DNA of 58,508 bases from an uncultured Oscillospiraceae bacterium (GCA_905236515.1 CAJOQP010000111.1:1-58508); one strand, 5' to 3'. Positions 8,564 to 18,015 are shown, counted from the first letter of the stretch. The notes: generated from the letters alone by a model not told the origin. Numbers and translations are program-made.

Positions 8564-9337
8564 TTAATTTACTTGCTCTTTCATTGTAATTGGTATTATT
8601 CCACCGATATCAATTATTGTTTCGTCTCTCATGTAAACTGTTTTGATATTTCTTCTCTCTAAGAATTCTTCAATCTGTTTTCTCGTTTTATGATCTGGTA
8701 TCGTTCCTGTGAATGCCAGTTCATTTTGAGATGTTTTAAATGAGCTTCCACCGATGAATCCTTTATTAAAATGATCCAGTCTAATAAAGCTGTCATTAAT
8801 CAGTAATACTTCAATTCCTCTGACTTTACATGTTTTTGCTATTCCAGGATCACCTGTTATGATGCTGGTGGCATCTACAAAACACACGGAACACTTGGTA
8901 TATCCTTGTTTAACATTACACTGATTAATACTTGACGACTTTGTTAAATAACTGACAATATCTTCGTCCGCTGTCTTTTCATTGTATATCAGATGTGTTC
9001 CATTGTATGCAATATTCAGGTTGCAATCCTCAGGGTATGAACTTTTTTGATTAGAAACGAAAGAATAATTGATGTTTCCTTCGATTTTACGAACAAAATC
9101 AATGCTATTTATGCTGGAGGTTATAAAGATTCTTTCATTTCCAGCATGGAATACGCTTAAATCCACATGTCCTTTCAGTGCTTTATGTACATTTGGATTA
9201 TCTGGAACATATATTGGTTCAATTTGCCGTGCCTTAAAGAAAGAATCAAACATGTTCTTATATGTTTCACCAATTAGTACTTGTGTGACTGTCGCTGTCG
9301 GACAATTAGGAATATCAACTGTTTTTATTTGAAACAT
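8564..9337 (-). CDS. Uncharacterised conserved protein. I tentatively recall similar Firmicute proteins being classed as a DUF6873/GME-fold family; this is unverified.
   Basis: 257-aa ORF with no motif I can assign. Its ATG overlaps the last 13 nt of radA, which suggests translational coupling, and the SD is weak. Confidence 0.5.
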   Translation of the reverse strand: MFQIKTVDIPNCPTATVTQVLIGETYKNMFDSFFKARQIEPIYVPDNPNVHKALKGHVDLSVFHAGNERIFITSSINSIDFVRKIEGNINYSFVSNQKSSYPEDCNLNIAYNGTHLIYNEKTADEDIVSYLTKSSSINQCNVKQGYTKCSVCFVDATSIITGDPGIAKTCKVRGIEVLLINDSFIRLDHFNKGFIGGSSFKTSQNELAFTGTIPDHKTRKQIEEFLERRNIKTVYMRDETIIDIGGIIPITMKEQVN

Positions 9338-10701
9338 ACTTTTAAGGCTTCACGAATATTTTTAACACGTATGATATCAATATTATTAGTTTTGTCTTCA
9401 GGAAGATCCAGTTTGGAATTGTATGGGATCAGACATTCCTTGAAACCAAGTCTTGCAATCTCTGCGATGCGTTGATTTACATTTTGAACGGAACGGATCT
9501 CGCCGGATAATCCGATTTCACCTAAAGCAGCAAAATGGTCACCTAATGGCTGGTCTTTATAACTGGACGCGATAGCCAGAATGGTTGCCAAGTCTGCAGC
9601 GGGCTCATCCAAGAATAAACCGCCAACAACATTGACGTAGGTATCACAGCTTGTTACCTGTAATCCTCCCCGTTTTTCAAGTACAGCCAGCAACATCGTG
9701 ACTCGATTGTAATCAATTCCATTTGCTCTACGAATTGCGGCATTATAGCCACTTGGAGTTACTAGGGCTTGTATTTCTGCCAGAATCGGGCGACTTCCTT
9801 CCATGACACCCACAACACATGTTCCGGGTGAATTTCTAGGACGTCCTGAAATCAGTACTTCTGAAGGATTGTCAACACATTGAAGACCACGGTCATTCAT
9901 TTCAAATACACCGATTTCATTTGTAGAGCCATAGCGGTTTTTTGCCGAACGAAGAATGCGGAATGTCGTATTTTGTTCGCCTTCAAAATACAAAACGCAG
10001 TCGACCATGTGCTCCAAAATCTTAGGTCCGGCAATATTTCCGTCCTTGTTGACATGGCCAACAATGAATGTGGTAAATGTGTTGGCTTTCGTCTTTCTCA
10101 TTAGAGCCATGGTGCACTCGCGAACTTGCGAAATGCTTCCGGGTGTCGATTCTACATGGTCGAGATATACGGTCTGAATGGAATCTACTATGACAATATC
10201 AGGATTAATCTCATCAATACTGCGCAGTATACGTTCCATGTTAGTTTCTGCAAGAACAAAGATTTCTCCGTTTTCAACACCAATGCGTTTGGCGCGCATC
10301 TTCAGTTGGTGCTCACTTTCCTCACCGGATATATAGAGTACTTTTTTGGAAGAGCCGATCTCTCCACATAGCTGCAACAGTATGGTGGATTTACCTATGC
10401 CAGGTGCACCGCCTATCAAAATAAGAGATCCAACAACAGCCCCACCGCCAAGTACACGATTTAGTTCATCGATTCCGGTAGAAAAACGTACGTCCTGAGT
10501 GGAACTAATATCAGAGAGACGCTGCGGTTTTGAACTGCTGGATTCCGAGACGGAAACCCGTGCATTTTTGTTTTTTATCTTTGAATCTACAGCAATTTCT
10601 TTTAATGTATTCCATGCTCCGCATGATGGGCACTTCCCTGCCCAGTTTGGAGTCTCATTTCCGCATTCAGAACAAACGAAAACGGTTCTTTGTTTTGCCA
10701 T
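9325..10701 (-). CDS. radA: DNA repair protein RadA (Sms)
   Basis: 458 aa with an N-terminal zinc finger CSECGNETPNWAGKCPSCGAW, Walker A GGAPGIGKST, the KNRYG motif and a Lon-like C-terminal domain. Confidence 0.97.
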   Translation of the reverse strand: MAKQRTVFVCSECGNETPNWAGKCPSCGAWNTLKEIAVDSKIKNKNARVSVSESSSSKPQRLSDISSTQDVRFSTGIDELNRVLGGGAVVGSLILIGGAPGIGKSTILLQLCGEIGSSKKVLYISGEESEHQLKMRAKRIGVENGEIFVLAETNMERILRSIDEINPDIVIVDSIQTVYLDHVESTPGSISQVRECTMALMRKTKANTFTTFIVGHVNKDGNIAGPKILEHMVDCVLYFEGEQNTTFRILRSAKNRYGSTNEIGVFEMNDRGLQCVDNPSEVLISGRPRNSPGTCVVGVMEGSRPILAEIQALVTPSGYNAAIRRANGIDYNRVTMLLAVLEKRGGLQVTSCDTYVNVVGGLFLDEPAADLATILAIASSYKDQPLGDHFAALGEIGLSGEIRSVQNVNQRIAEIARLGFKECLIPYNSKLDLPEDKTNNIDIIRVKNIREALKVCFK

Positions 10702-10763
10702 AATCGATACCTCATGTAATGAGGGAAGAGTTGCTCCCTCTTCCCTCTTATCTTTATGATGAT

Positions 10764-11954
10764 TTATTGGTTGAGAAATTTTTCCAGACGGTTTAAGCCT
10801 TCTTCAATATTCTCCATAGATGTAGCATAAGACCAACGTACGAAATTGTCGATTCCAAATCCAGTAGAAGGAACCACAGCAACCAGTCCCTGATCTAAAA
10901 ATGCCATGGCAAAATCGTCTGCAGAATTAATGGATGCCCCGCCAATCGTTTTACCAAGAAGCTGGCTGATATTCATCATTACATAGAAAGCACCTTCCGG
11001 CATTCTGCAACTGACACCAGGAATCTCATTCATTCTTTTCACCATATAATTACGGCGCTTTTCGAATTCCTGTCGCATTGCTTCAATTCCTTCCTGCGGA
11101 CCATTTAGTGCTTCAATGGAAGCCCACTGGCTGATGGTGGAAGGAGCACCAGTGGAATGACTCAGATAATTAGACATGACTTTAGCGATTTCTTTGCTTG
11201 CAGCGACATATCCAATACGCCAACCGGTCATAGCATAGGATTTTGAAACACCGTTAATGATTATGGTGTGATCATAAACGTCTTTACCCAAGGAAGCGAT
11301 GCTGACAAACTCAGCATTATCATAAATGAGCTGATAGTAGATCTCGTCAGAAATGATGTAAAGATCATTCTCAACGCAGATATCTGCGATTTCCTGTAAT
11401 TCTTGTTTAGAATACAGGGCTCCGGTAGGATTGCTCGGATTGTTGATAATAACACATTTGGTCTTCTCAGTGATTGCAGCTTTGATTTGATCTCCAGTTG
11501 CTTTGAAGCCCTGATCCTCACCAGCAACGACGAGTATCGGCACACCTCCGGCCATTTTAATCATTTCCGAATAGCTGACCCAATAAGGAGCGGGTACGAT
11601 TACCTCATCACCCGGATTCAGAAGTGCGCGGAATGTAACATACACACAATGTTTTGCGCCACTCGCTACAACAATCTGAGTATAATCATAATCCAGATTG
11701 CAATCCAGTTTGAGACGATTGCAGATTGCTTTTCTGAGAGGAATAATTCCTGCAGGCGGTGTATATTTTGTCTTGCCATCGCAGATTGCCCGAATGGCTT
11801 CCATGTTGATATTGTCCGGTGTGTTGAAATCAGGTTCGCCTGCGCCGAATCCAACAACATCAATTCCATCGGCTTTCATCTGTTTTGCTTTGGAATCGAT
11901 TGCCACTGTTGTAGAGGCTTGTACTGCGCTGGCGACACGAGATAATTCTTTCAT
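10764..11954 (-). CDS. Aspartate/aromatic aminotransferase, PLP-dependent class I
   Basis: 396 aa with the AspB-like N-terminus and motifs NPSNPTG and SKSYAMTGWRIGY (PLP lysine). Confidence 0.9.
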   Translation of the reverse strand: MKELSRVASAVQASTTVAIDSKAKQMKADGIDVVGFGAGEPDFNTPDNINMEAIRAICDGKTKYTPPAGIIPLRKAICNRLKLDCNLDYDYTQIVVASGAKHCVYVTFRALLNPGDEVIVPAPYWVSYSEMIKMAGGVPILVVAGEDQGFKATGDQIKAAITEKTKCVIINNPSNPTGALYSKQELQEIADICVENDLYIISDEIYYQLIYDNAEFVSIASLGKDVYDHTIIINGVSKSYAMTGWRIGYVAASKEIAKVMSNYLSHSTGAPSTISQWASIEALNGPQEGIEAMRQEFEKRRNYMVKRMNEIPGVSCRMPEGAFYVMMNISQLLGKTIGGASINSADDFAMAFLDQGLVAVVPSTGFGIDNFVRWSYATSMENIEEGLNRLEKFLNQ

Positions 11955-12022
11955 TCCTATCAGCCTTTCTTAACTTAATTTGATAAAATTATAGAGTATT
12001 TAATACCATGTTTCAATGGATT

Positions 12023-12805
12023 TTAATTGGAATAAAACTGTGCGGCTGGACCCTGTTTGTCAGATGTAAACACGTGTATCTCTTCACTAAAATCTTTGAT
12101 CCAGTGATACAATACATCGGTTACAGGATTCTCAGTACTGAAGTGATCTGCATCAATCAGATTAATGCCTATTTCCTGTGCAAGTAAAAACACATCATAT
12201 TTAATATCAGAAGTAATATAGGTATCACAGCCGTTTGTCCATGCCAAAGGCAATTCGTTGCCGCCGGAACCGCCCATAACTGCAATTTTTTGCACTTTTT
12301 TGCCTGCGTTATAAAAGCGCAGTCCATTTGCTTTTAGTGTTTTTTTGCAGTATTCCAAAAACTCGGGAAGCTCCATAGGAGATGCCAGCTCGCCTATTCT
12401 TCCGCAACCGTTTTCAGCACTGGTATACTCCAATATACCAGTGGTCTTTGCCCCCAGCAGTTTCATTAACTGGTCATTGACACCGCCTTCAGCGATGTCG
12501 AGATTTGTATGCATACATATTGCAGCTATGTTGTTTTTGATCAGTTTAATTATTTTGTTTTGCTGTGGGTCGGAAGACAATACCTGTTTCATCGGTTCCC
12601 AAATCACTGGGTGATGAGATACAATGAGCTGTACATTACGGTCAATAGCCTCTGCAATCACTTCTGATGTAATATCCAAAGCAATTAAGATGTTGGACAC
12701 ATCCTGTTCTGGATCGCCAACAAGAAAGCCGGAATTATCAAAATCCATCTGTAATTCCAAAGGTGCTTTTGTACATAGATAACTGTAGATATCTTTAACT
12801 TTCAT
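12023..12805 (-). CDS. Nif3-like dinuclear metal centre protein (YqfO / GTP cyclohydrolase 1 type 2 homologue)
   Basis: 260 aa with the motifs VSHHP and HFSTE. It overlaps trmK by 11 nt, as in the B. subtilis yqfN-yqfO pair. Confidence 0.85.
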   Translation of the reverse strand: MKVKDIYSYLCTKAPLELQMDFDNSGFLVGDPEQDVSNILIALDITSEVIAEAIDRNVQLIVSHHPVIWEPMKQVLSSDPQQNKIIKLIKNNIAAICMHTNLDIAEGGVNDQLMKLLGAKTTGILEYTSAENGCGRIGELASPMELPEFLEYCKKTLKANGLRFYNAGKKVQKIAVMGGSGGNELPLAWTNGCDTYITSDIKYDVFLLAQEIGINLIDADHFSTENPVTDVLYHWIKDFSEEIHVFTSDKQGPAAQFYSN

Positions 12806-13487
12806 GAAGAAACCTTTCTTTCATATCATGTAGCTGTTTCAAAATGACGCGATTCATGTTCTTGTTACCCGTATTATGCGTCGAAAGACTCTGCCCTTTC
12901 ACTCTTATCTCAAACTTATGTATCATTTGATCCAAATATTCAGAGAATAAACTATTTTCTACGATCTGCTCGTATTTTCCGGTATATAATTCAGCATCGA
13001 TATACGATGGTGAAACGCCGTAATTTACCATCATAATATTATAGATCTTATCCTCGTCTTTCACGAGGAGTTCCTGTGTAATTTTGAATTCATTGTTTGT
13101 CAGCCAAAATCGAAGAATGTGAGTCTGCGTCATGGGCTGCAGTATAAGATTATAACCTGGTGCACAGCACCAGTAATCGGTATCAAGAATGCTGGTGATG
13201 GTCTCACCGCCCATTCCTGCGATAATAATGGTATCGATATCATATTTTTCTATGCCCTGTAGCCCATTTGTTAAGAGAAAGTTGATACGATCAGAAATAT
13301 TTAGCTCCTCTGCAGCCTGGATGGCCTTGTCAAGCGGACTTTGACGTAGATCGGATGCTACAACAGTATTGCTAAATCCATTCTGTATCAGACGAACTGG
13401 AATGATCCCATGATCAGTGCCGATATCAGCTACACCATGTGAATCTTTCGGTATCAAATTATAGATGCAATCTAAACGGTTTGACAT
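12795..13487 (-). CDS. trmK: tRNA (adenine22-N1)-methyltransferase TrmK
   Basis: 230 aa with motifs VADIGTDHG and IIIAGMGG. It shows the conserved pairing with nif3. Confidence 0.85.
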   Translation of the reverse strand: MSNRLDCIYNLIPKDSHGVADIGTDHGIIPVRLIQNGFSNTVVASDLRQSPLDKAIQAAEELNISDRINFLLTNGLQGIEKYDIDTIIIAGMGGETITSILDTDYWCCAPGYNLILQPMTQTHILRFWLTNNEFKITQELLVKDEDKIYNIMMVNYGVSPSYIDAELYTGKYEQIVENSLFSEYLDQMIHKFEIRVKGQSLSTHNTGNKNMNRVILKQLHDMKERFLHES

Positions 13488-13499
13488 TTGAATATCCTT

Positions 13500-13532
13500 A
13501 AAGAAAGATAAGTCGGCATGAGCCGACTTATC
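13500..13532 (-). terminator. Rho-independent terminator after the DUF1858 gene
   Basis: 11-bp stem gataagtcggc/gccgacttatc with a 4-nt loop, followed by a T-rich tract on the minus strand. Confidence 0.8.
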
Positions 13533-13536
13533 AATA

Positions 13537-13737
13537 TTATAAAGTTGCCAAGTATTCTTTCAAGTCAACAATGAAATCATCAGGGTCAACACCATGTACA
13601 GAACAAGCTTCCTCAACGCTTTCTGCACTTGCCAGTGCGCAACCCATGCAATGCATGCCGATTTCCATGAACTTAGGCATTGCTTCAGGGCATTCGTTGA
13701 CGATATCCCCAATCAAAGTATCTCTCGTAATTTCCAT
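13537..13737 (-). CDS. DUF1858 / hybrid-cluster-associated redox disulfide domain protein
   Basis: 66 aa with the CxxC motif HCMGC. The layout is typical of this family: TLIGDIV...P....F.E.GMHCMGC. Confidence 0.75.
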   Translation of the reverse strand: MEITRDTLIGDIVNECPEAMPKFMEIGMHCMGCALASAESVEEACSVHGVDPDDFIVDLKEYLATL

Positions 13738-13761
13738 TAATAGAACTCCCCTTTTTCTTAG

Positions 13762-13796
13762 AAATAAAAAGAACGGGACGCCTGTTTGACGTCCCG
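13762..13796 (-). terminator. Rho-independent terminator after the zinc-ribbon gene
   Basis: Stem cgggacg/cgtcccg followed by ttctttttatttc on the minus strand. Confidence 0.7.
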
Positions 13797-13814
13797 GATT
13801 TCACCTAGATTATA

Positions 13815-14096
13815 TCAGGCTCTTTCTTCTCTCATCTTAGCAAAGCATTCGCTGCAGTATACCGGGCGATCTGCTTTCGGCTCAAATGGGATTTTTGCCG
13901 GACCACCACAAGCTGCACAAACAGCATCAAAGTACTGCTTCGGGCCGCGGAGGGCTGCTTTCTTAGCGTCACGGCATGCTTTGCAGCGCTGAGGCTCATT
14001 CTGGAAGCCGCGCTCTGCATAGAATTCCTGTTCGCCTGCAGTGAAAACGAATTCATTTCCACACTCTTTGCAAACTAATGTCTTGTCTTCGTACAT
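13815..14096 (-). CDS. Small zinc-ribbon protein (two CxxC pairs; zf-trcl-like)
   Basis: The start MYEDKTLVCKECGNEFVFTAGEQEFYAERGF has a strong SD (AGAGAGGA, 7-nt spacing). Cys pairs are CKEC...CKAC and CAAC...CSEC. The longer 122-aa form in the ORF track lacks family-like sequence. Confidence 0.8.
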   Translation of the reverse strand: MYEDKTLVCKECGNEFVFTAGEQEFYAERGFQNEPQRCKACRDAKKAALRGPKQYFDAVCAACGGPAKIPFEPKADRPVYCSECFAKMREERA

Positions 14097-14379
14097 TGCA
14101 ATTCCTCTCTTTTGAAATCCTGCCTTAAGGCGTTTATTTGCGTTCAGCTGAGCTGTAATCGCCATAATAAACCAGATTCTCATCTGGGTTTCCCCGGATA
14201 ACTGATAAAGGTCAGCTCTCTGGGAAAAAGCTTTCTTTTATGCTCTCTCTAAACGCCAAGATCTTTCTTTCAATAAAGGTCTTAACCCTAAAACATTGAC
14301 TAAATCTGCAATGTGATTTCGTTGAGAGTTATACAACTTTCACGTATACAGGAATGAAAGCATAAAAAGTCACGTGTAA

Positions 14380-14407
14380 ATTATACAACAATAATTGTTG
14401 TTGTCAA
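14380..14407 (-). promoter_or_regulatory. Near-consensus sigma-A promoter (TTGACA-16 nt-TATAAT) with a 17-nt perfect palindrome filling the spacer
   Basis: The minus strand reads TTGACAacaacaattattgttgTATAAT. The palindrome is acaacaat-t-attgttgt. Confidence 0.7.
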
Positions 14408-14449
14408 GGTCGCGAAATGAGGTAAAGCGGTCTGCGATAATATACTAAG

Positions 14450-14485
14450 AAACGTAAGAAGTGCTCCCGGAAAATCTGGGAGCAC
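14450..14485 (-). terminator. Putative terminator after ruvB
   Basis: Stem gtgctccc/gggagcac with a 9-nt loop, starting 7 nt after the ruvB stop. The downstream T-richness is moderate. Confidence 0.6.
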
Positions 14486-14491
14486 TTAAAT

Positions 14492-15535
14492 TTATTGAAA
14501 CTCTATTTCGTACTGTGGATTGGTAAATTCTATGCCGAGATGTTCATATGCTTTTCTTGTAACACAGCGCCCTCTGGGAGTACGTACAATAAAGCCCTGC
14601 TGCATTAGATATGGTTCATAAACATCTTCCAAAGTGACAGCATCCTCGTTGATGGTTGCGGCGAGCGTATCTAAGCCTACTGGTCCCCCACCATAGAATT
14701 CTATGATGCTCTTCATCATCCGCCGATCCAGTGCATCAAGACCGAAATGGTCGACTTCCAATGCAAGAAGCGATTCATTTGCCACGGCCTTAGTAATTAC
14801 ACCATCGGCTCTAACTTGAGCAAAGTCACGTACACGTTTCAGCATCCTATTTGCGATACGTGGAGTACCACGGGATCGTGATGCGATTTCCATGGCACCT
14901 GAGTCCTCTATTTCAATATTTAGAATCTGGGCAGAACGAATCACGATCTGTTGAAGTTCTTCTGGAGAATATAACTCCAGTCTCAGAGTTACACCAAAAC
15001 GATCACGCAAAGGTGCGGTTAATTGCCCGGATCTGGTTGTAGCACCAATCAATGTAAAGCGCGGAAGCTCCAGGTGAATAGAGTTGGCGGAAGGCCCTTT
15101 GCCAAGAATGATATCAATAGCATAGTCTTCCATTGCGGGATACAGAATCTCTTCATATGCTCTGTTCAGTCTATGGATCTCATCCACAAAAAGAATATCG
15201 CCTTCATTCAGGTTGGTAAGGAGGGCAACCAAATCCCCTGCTTTTTCAATTGCCGGACCCGAAGTAATTCGCATATTGACATGCATCTCATTAGCTATTA
15301 CTGCAGCGAGAGTTGTTTTTCCCAGTCCCGGAGGACCATGAAGCAAAACATGATCCAGAGGTTCATTTCTCATACGAGCAGCATCAATAAAGACAGAAAG
15401 GTTGTCCTTGGCCTTTTTTTGTCCGATGTATTCATTTAATGATTTTGGACGAAGTGAACCTTCGTTGGAATCCTCGGGTAATACTGATGATGTAACGAAC
15501 TGCTGTTCGTCGTCTTCCGAAAAGCTTATACTCAT
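14492..15535 (-). CDS. ruvB: Holliday junction branch migration helicase RuvB
   Basis: 347 aa with Walker [10 protein letters not shown], Walker B FVDEIHR and the typical N-terminal [12 protein letters not shown]. Confidence 0.97.
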   Translation of the reverse strand: MSISFSEDDEQQFVTSSVLPEDSNEGSLRPKSLNEYIGQKKAKDNLSVFIDAARMRNEPLDHVLLHGPPGLGKTTLAAVIANEMHVNMRITSGPAIEKAGDLVALLTNLNEGDILFVDEIHRLNRAYEEILYPAMEDYAIDIILGKGPSANSIHLELPRFTLIGATTRSGQLTAPLRDRFGVTLRLELYSPEELQQIVIRSAQILNIEIEDSGAMEIASRSRGTPRIANRMLKRVRDFAQVRADGVITKAVANESLLALEVDHFGLDALDRRMMKSIIEFYGGGPVGLDTLAATINEDAVTLEDVYEPYLMQQGFIVRTPRGRCVTRKAYEHLGIEFTNPQYEIEFQ

Positions 15536-15548
15536 TATGTCTTATCCT

Positions 15549-16151
15549 TTATTTCACCATTTGTTTCAAAACAAGCTTTATTATACCTTCTGCGCTCTTG
15601 TCTGTAAGATCCTGGCCGCGCAAAGCCTGATTGATTTCATCGCTTCCATATCCAAGAACAGAAAGACCTTTGATTGCATTATTAAGTTCGTCGCTTGATC
15701 CGACAGGCGTAGCAGCGGCTGGAGTAAATGAAACGGAGGAAAGATCCGTTTCTTTGGATATTTTATCTTTCAGCTCCAATATTACTCTCTGAGCGATTTT
15801 CTTTCCTATTCCAGGAGCAGCGGTCAATACTTTTACATCATCGCTCATGACAGCCATTGCAAACATTTCCGGAGTCGTACATGACAAAATGCTGATAGCA
15901 GCTTTGGGACCCACGCCAGATATGGAAATCAACAACTCGAAACTGTGTTTCTCCTGCTTTGTTGTAAAACCGTAAAGATCAAAACAATCCTCTTTTATAT
16001 AATCAAAAGTGTAGAATTTTGCGGTCTTTCCTAAAGAAACCTGGGAAAGACTGTTTGCGGTAGTGTTGATCGCATATCCTACTCCCCCGCAATCAACAAC
16101 TGCTAGATTGGGTAGGATCTCGGAAACAGTGCCTTCTATATGGTAGAACAT
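15549..16151 (-). CDS. ruvA: Holliday junction DNA helicase subunit RuvA
   Basis: The canonical start MFYHIEGTV is used; the upstream in-frame extension in the ORF track overlaps ruvC. The HhH motif ISGVGPK..GIGKK is present. Confidence 0.93.
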   Translation of the reverse strand: MFYHIEGTVSEILPNLAVVDCGGVGYAINTTANSLSQVSLGKTAKFYTFDYIKEDCFDLYGFTTKQEKHSFELLISISGVGPKAAISILSCTTPEMFAMAVMSDDVKVLTAAPGIGKKIAQRVILELKDKISKETDLSSVSFTPAAATPVGSSDELNNAIKGLSVLGYGSDEINQALRGQDLTDKSAEGIIKLVLKQMVK

Positions 16152-16648
16152 TCGTTGGAAACTCCTTTTTGAAGTAATGACGTGCTGCTTCTGGCATGGC
16201 AGATGGCAAGTGCCACTGCATCTGCGGCGTCGTCTGGTTTTGGAACAGTCTTTAGGTTGCACAGACGGCGAACCATTTCCATCACCTGTTTTTTCTCGGC
16301 ACGGCCATAGCCGGCAACCGATTGCTTAACCTGCAGCGGTGTGTATTCATGAATCGGCAAATTTGCTTTATAGCAGGCAAGAAGTATTACACCCCTGCCG
16401 TGAGCGACTGAAATGCCGGTGGTTATATTAGTGTTGAAGAAAAGCTCCTCGACTGAAGCGCAGTCAGGTTTGAAAGCTCCAATCAAATCGCCAAGATCAT
16501 TATATATCTGGTCCAAACGACTGGAGAGGCTGATGTGCGGAGGTGTTGTTATAACTCCGCATTTAACAAGAGAAAACTTGTTGTTCTGATAGTCAAGCAC
16601 ACCAAAACCAATCGTCGCAATTCCGGGATCTATGCCTAGTATTCTCAA
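16136..16648 (-). CDS. ruvC: Crossover junction endodeoxyribonuclease RuvC
   Basis: The family N-terminus (M)RILGIDPG is reached from TTG 16648, with GGCAGGA upstream. It overlaps the ruvA start by 16 nt. Confidence 0.9.
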   Translation of the reverse strand: MRILGIDPGIATIGFGVLDYQNNKFSLVKCGVITTPPHISLSSRLDQIYNDLGDLIGAFKPDCASVEELFFNTNITTGISVAHGRGVILLACYKANLPIHEYTPLQVKQSVAGYGRAEKKQVMEMVRRLCNLKTVPKPDDAADAVALAICHARSSTSLLQKGVSNECSTI

Positions 16649-16750
16649 ATTGATCACATCCTGCCCTATACTACCATTTTTTCGTACTGAGCGCAAATAA
16701 GAACCAGCAGACACCTATACGGATGTCTGCTGGTAGAAAAATCGTTGTAA

Positions 16751-17641
16751 TCAGGCTCTGGGATGCGCTTTTTTGTATACATCTTTCAGCTGCTTCTTCA
16801 CAAGCTGAGAATAGATCTGAGTGGAAGAGATATCAGCATGCCCGAGCATTTCCTGAATGGAATGGATATCGGCACCGTTTTCCAAAAGATGTGCGGCAAA
16901 AGAGTGGCGCAGAGTATGAGGCGTGATGTCCTTTTCAATGCCGGCTTTTTGCTGATACGATTTGATGATTTTCCAGAATCCCTGACGGCTCATACGCTCC
17001 CCGTTCACATTTACAAAGAACGAAGGTTCATCAGGAAAAGCGATCATCTCAGGACGAATGAATTCCGCGTATTCAGACAACGCTTTGATTGCGGCTGGAT
17101 ACATTGGGATATACCGCTCCTTATCCTTGCTTTTACAACGCAGAACACCTGCGGAAAGATTTACATCGTCAACGTTCAGATTGATTAGTTCACTGACACG
17201 AATTCCGGTGGCATAAAGTAGTTCCAACATTGCTTTGTCACGATAGCCTTTTGCATCGACGCATGCCGGCTGTTCAAGTAACAGTTCTACTTCAGCGCTT
17301 GTAAGAATCTGCGGAAGCTTCTGCGTATTCTTGTCAGGAACAATTGAGATCGCAGGGTTCTTCTCTATAATATTATTATCAACCATGTAGGAATAAAAGC
17401 ATTTCATGGAAGCGATATTTCTGGAAACGGTTGCAACGGATTTGCCCGCAGCTTTCAGCCAGTTTACATACTCGCCGATTTCCTTGTTTGTCGCGGTTTC
17501 CAATGTGGAATTTCCATGAGAATCCAGATATGTAGATAATTGACGAATATCACGCATATAGGAGCTGAGAGTGTTCTCAGAGGCGTGTTTTACATCAACA
17601 AGATACTTATTAAATAATTCCATGCAGTTTTGGTTACTCAC
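16751..17641 (-). CDS. xerD: Tyrosine recombinase XerD-type
   Basis: Catalytic residues R/K/HxxR/H/Y are present (GIRVSE, HTLRHSFA, LGHADISSTQIY). The start is either GTG 17641 (SD GGAGGGG, 5-nt spacing) or ATG 17623. Confidence 0.88.
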   Translation of the reverse strand: MSNQNCMELFNKYLVDVKHASENTLSSYMRDIRQLSTYLDSHGNSTLETATNKEIGEYVNWLKAAGKSVATVSRNIASMKCFYSYMVDNNIIEKNPAISIVPDKNTQKLPQILTSAEVELLLEQPACVDAKGYRDKAMLELLYATGIRVSELINLNVDDVNLSAGVLRCKSKDKERYIPMYPAAIKALSEYAEFIRPEMIAFPDEPSFFVNVNGERMSRQGFWKIIKSYQQKAGIEKDITPHTLRHSFAAHLLENGADIHSIQEMLGHADISSTQIYSQLVKKQLKDVYKKAHPRA

Positions 17642-17703
17642 GACTACCCCTCCAAGTGATAATAACAAATATGTAAATCAGCATAATTAGTATTGTAGAC
17701 ATA

Positions 17704-17732
17704 ATATTATTACAAAAAAGAACAATAATCAA
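17704..17732 (-). promoter_or_regulatory. Putative sigma-A promoter for xerD-ruvCAB
   Basis: The minus strand reads TTGATT-17 nt-TAATAT. Confidence 0.5.
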
Positions 17733-17965
17733 GAGTTTTTGTAAAAAAATGTTTCCTTTTGTAATTTATGGTCGAGGATTATGTTAACTGCATTATGTAA
17801 ACAATATGAAATATGGAATTGCATTGAGAATAAAGGGATTTTGAAAATCCGACATGTAGAGATTCCAAGCGAATAAACCACAATATCTAGTGTGAAATAG
17901 TTACAGAGTGTAGAAAATGCCACAGGGCTAAACTCCGGAACTTCTGATTACTAATTGTAATCAGA

Positions 17966-18004
17966 AACCAATAATAAAACGCACATACCAAGATTGGTAT
18001 GTGC
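17966..18004 (-). terminator. Rho-independent terminator after yajC
   Basis: 10-bp stem gcacatacca/tggtatgtgc with a 4-nt loop, followed by gttttattatt on the minus strand. Confidence 0.85.
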
Positions 18005-18015
18005 ATCTTAATGTC

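Noticed and set aside
10721-10747. GC-rich hairpin gagggaagag/ctcttccctc between aspC and radA as an intrinsic terminator
   Set aside because: On the coding (minus) strand it is not followed by a U-tract and sits directly before the radA SD. It is more likely an mRNA stabilising or processing hairpin, and I cannot support a terminator call.
14097-14183. N-terminal 29-aa extension of the zinc-ribbon ORF (the 122-aa form in the ORF track)
   Set aside because: The extension (MRIWFIMAITAQLNANKRLKAGFQKRGIA) is unlike the family. The internal ATG at 14096 has a much better SD. The upstream AUG is buried in a predicted hairpin.
15549-16262. Long N-terminal extensions of ruvA, and likewise of ruvC, queA, yebC, priA, gmk, the BASS gene and murD, in the longest-ORF track
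   Set aside because: In each case the canonical family N-terminus begins at an internal start with an SD. The extension also overlaps the upstream gene or is compositionally aberrant.
17729-17923. 64-aa GTG-initiated ORF with a GGAG 9 nt upstream, in the yajC-xerD spacer
   Set aside because: The product is F/C/I/L-rich with no recognisable features, as expected from random translation of AT-rich DNA. The region is retained only as an unassigned intergenic finding.
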